Assembly (NCBI RefSeq): GCF_963921235.1
Contig: NC_086108.1
Span: 45,324,001-45,388,000, forward strand
Source of the DNA: Mobula hypostoma
Lineage: Eukaryota
Direction of reading: 5' to 3'
DNA length: 64,000 bases
Part shown: positions 61,580-64,000 of the stretch, in pieces
How the letters are laid out: each line of letters starts with the position of its first letter
Position numbering within the stretch: position 1 is the first letter of the stretch
Position numbers and translations under genes: made by a program
The notes under the pieces: model-generated
Seen by the model: only the letters and a program-made list of their open reading frames with translations
What the model was told of the DNA's origin: nothing
Databases searched by the model: none

Positions 61580-64000
61580 TGAAAAATAAGCTAAGTGAAA
61601 TTCAAGAAGCTTTTGAATTGTTTTACAAAACTCTTAATTCCAAATTTCCGGGGGAAGCATAACCCAAAATGACACCTTCCTGAATTTTCTAGAGTTACTC
61701 ACTTTAAGCAAAGAACAAAATAGAACGATGACTGCTGACATAACTGAAGCTGAACTAAAAACTACAATTAGTCGGCTTAAATTAAGCAAGTCACCAGGAT
61801 CAGATGGATATACGGCAGAATGGTATAAAGAGTTTAGAAGTGAGTTAATTCCTGTCTCACTCCCCACACTGAACTGGGCTCTAAGAAAGGCGCAAATGCC
61901 ACCCAACTGGAAGGAGGCGATAATCTCAGCTATGCCGAAAGAAGGCAAGGATAAAATGGAATGTGGGTCATTTAGACCAATATCTGTTCTTAATGTAGAT
62001 TATGGATTATTCACCTCCATCATGGCCAAACAATTAGAAGAGTTTCTACCCACACTGATACATAAGGATCAGATGGGTTTTATACAACAATGCCAAACAC
62101 AAGACAATATACGAAGGACACTTCACATTATGGATCATATACAAAAAAATAAAATTGAAGCAATAGTGATAAGAGTGGACGCTGAAAAGGCATTTGATTC
62201 GGTTAATTGGAATTTTCTTTACAGAGTTTTACATAGATTTGGTTTCCATGACACAATTATTAAAACTATACAGGCGCTATATGACAATCCTACTGCTAGG
62301 ATTAAAATCAATGGATATTTATCAAATAGTTTTACCCTAGAAAGGGGCATGAGACAGGGTTGTGCATGGTCACCACTACTCTTCGCATTATATCTGGAAC
62401 CATTAGCTCAATACGTCAGACAAAATGAAGATATCAGGGGAATTACTATTAAAGGGACAGAGCATAAATTGGCCTGTTACGCAGATGACATTTTGATCTA
62501 TCTAGGGCAACCAACATACTCTTTACCTAAATTGATGCAATCCTTTGAACAATATGGTCAATTATCAGGATACAAGATCAACATAGATAAAACCCAATTA
62601 CTTTCATATAACTATAGCCCTCCAAGAGAAATTGAAAGTAGATATCCCTGGGCATGGCAAATAGAGTCTTTCAAATATTTGGGCATCATTATGCCAAAAG
62701 ATTTGGCAAAATATCAGAATGCAATTATCCGCCTATATATAAAAGAAATTAAGGAAGATATAACAAGATGGAACCTAATTCTTTTTTTTAGTCTCAGTTC
62801 AAGGATTGAATCCATTAAAATGAATATATTACCCAGACTATTATATCTCTTTCAGAACCTACCAATAGAGATTAATCAGAATCAATTCAATGAATGGAAC
62901 AAAATGTTATCAAGATATATATGGCAAGGTAAAAGGCCTAGAGTTCGTCTCAAAACTTTGCAATTAGCCAAGGAAAAGGGGGGATGGGGCCTACCTTCTC
63001 TTAGAGATTACTATTTTGCAGTACAGTTGAGAGCTGTGATATGCTGGTGCAACCCATCATCTGACACTCAATTGAGGAGAGGATACTTTCCATCCACATA
63101 CAGGTAATTTTGGCTGATAACAACCTACAAAGTTACATAAATACTATTGATAAACCATGGGTGAAATGGACTCTTAAAATATGGAAAACTATTATAAAAG
63201 AATATAAACTAGAGGGAGATATTGCAATTCTTAAGTGGTGTGCATATGACTCGGATTTTACGCCGAATAAACTGGATGCTAGATTTAAAGACTGGACAGC
63301 TAAAGGAATAACAGTTCTTTGCAATATAATGAAAGAAGGAACACTGTTCAGTTTTGAAATGCTTAAAGAGAAACACTTATTAGAAAAAACAAGACTTTTA
63401 TCGGTATTTACAGATGCAACAGTATGTTAATAGGAGGGTTAAAAATGTAACCAAGGCAAGTACATGTTTGATAGAGCTAGAAAAGCATATAATTCAGATA
63501 ACGGTAGTAGAATCATTTCAAGTGCGTATAAGGGTTTGTCAAATCTTAAAACACATTCGACTTCATACATTAAAACAAAATGGGAGAAGGAAGGAGGGAT
63601 AATTATATCTGAGGAAGAATGGATAATAATATGGAGATATCAATGGAAGTGTACCAGTTCACAGAAATGGAGGGAGTTTGGATGGAAAAACTTGATGAGA
63701 TATTTTATTACACCCTCTCAGAAATCCCATTATGATAGTAACCTCCTTGTTTGCTGAAGAAATTGTGGAAATCAAAATGCAAACCAATATCATGTTTTCT
63801 GGGATTGCCCCATTATCAAAGACTATTGGGGTGGGATACACAAAGCTCTTTAAGGTATTAAATGTGAAATACCCTTCGAAAGTAAGACCATATATTTTGG
63901 GTATATACCTCAAGAATGGTTGAAAAGAGATAAATATTTAATGAATTTACTGCTGGTGGCTGGTAAAAAGACCCTTACCAGGAAATGGTTATCACAGAAG
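61580..64000 (+). mobile_element. L1/Tx1-clade LINE ORF2, 5'-truncated, runs off window end
   Basis: ORF 61728-63107: KSPGSDGYTAEWYK, FRPISVLNVDY, DAEKAFDSVNW, RQGCAWSPLLF, YADD. Frameshifted continuation to a CCHC-like C*RNCG...HVFWDC at about 63750-63810. Confidence 0.93.

Overview
Vertebrate genomic DNA. The repeat content (CR1, Rex/Babar, Penelope, HE1-like SINEs) suggests a cartilaginous fish, probably a ray; that assignment is inference. Only one host gene is supported: the last three coding exons of a GLIS zinc-finger gene, most similar to GLIS1, on the + strand at 4278-4456, 13568-13738 and 23032-23168. Their splice phases are consistent. Most of the remainder is nested, largely decayed transposable elements: CR1, Rex/Babar, RTE, L1/Tx1, Penelope (one copy with an intact-looking hammerhead ribozyme), Gypsy, Tc1/mariner, hAT and SINEs. 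The standout is a two-LTR Gypsy-type element at 24008-26364 (- strand), just 3' of the GLIS stop codon. It lacks RT, RNase H and the integrase core. In their place is a 360-bp intronless piece of a cellular gene resembling the SH3KBP1/CIN85 C-terminus (LPPKPG motif plus coiled coil). The piece is in frame with the flanking pol remnants and bounded by identical AAGAAAGCT motifs, which looks like retroviral-style capture of a host mRNA. All homology calls come from recalled motifs, not database searches, and many repeat boundaries are approximate.
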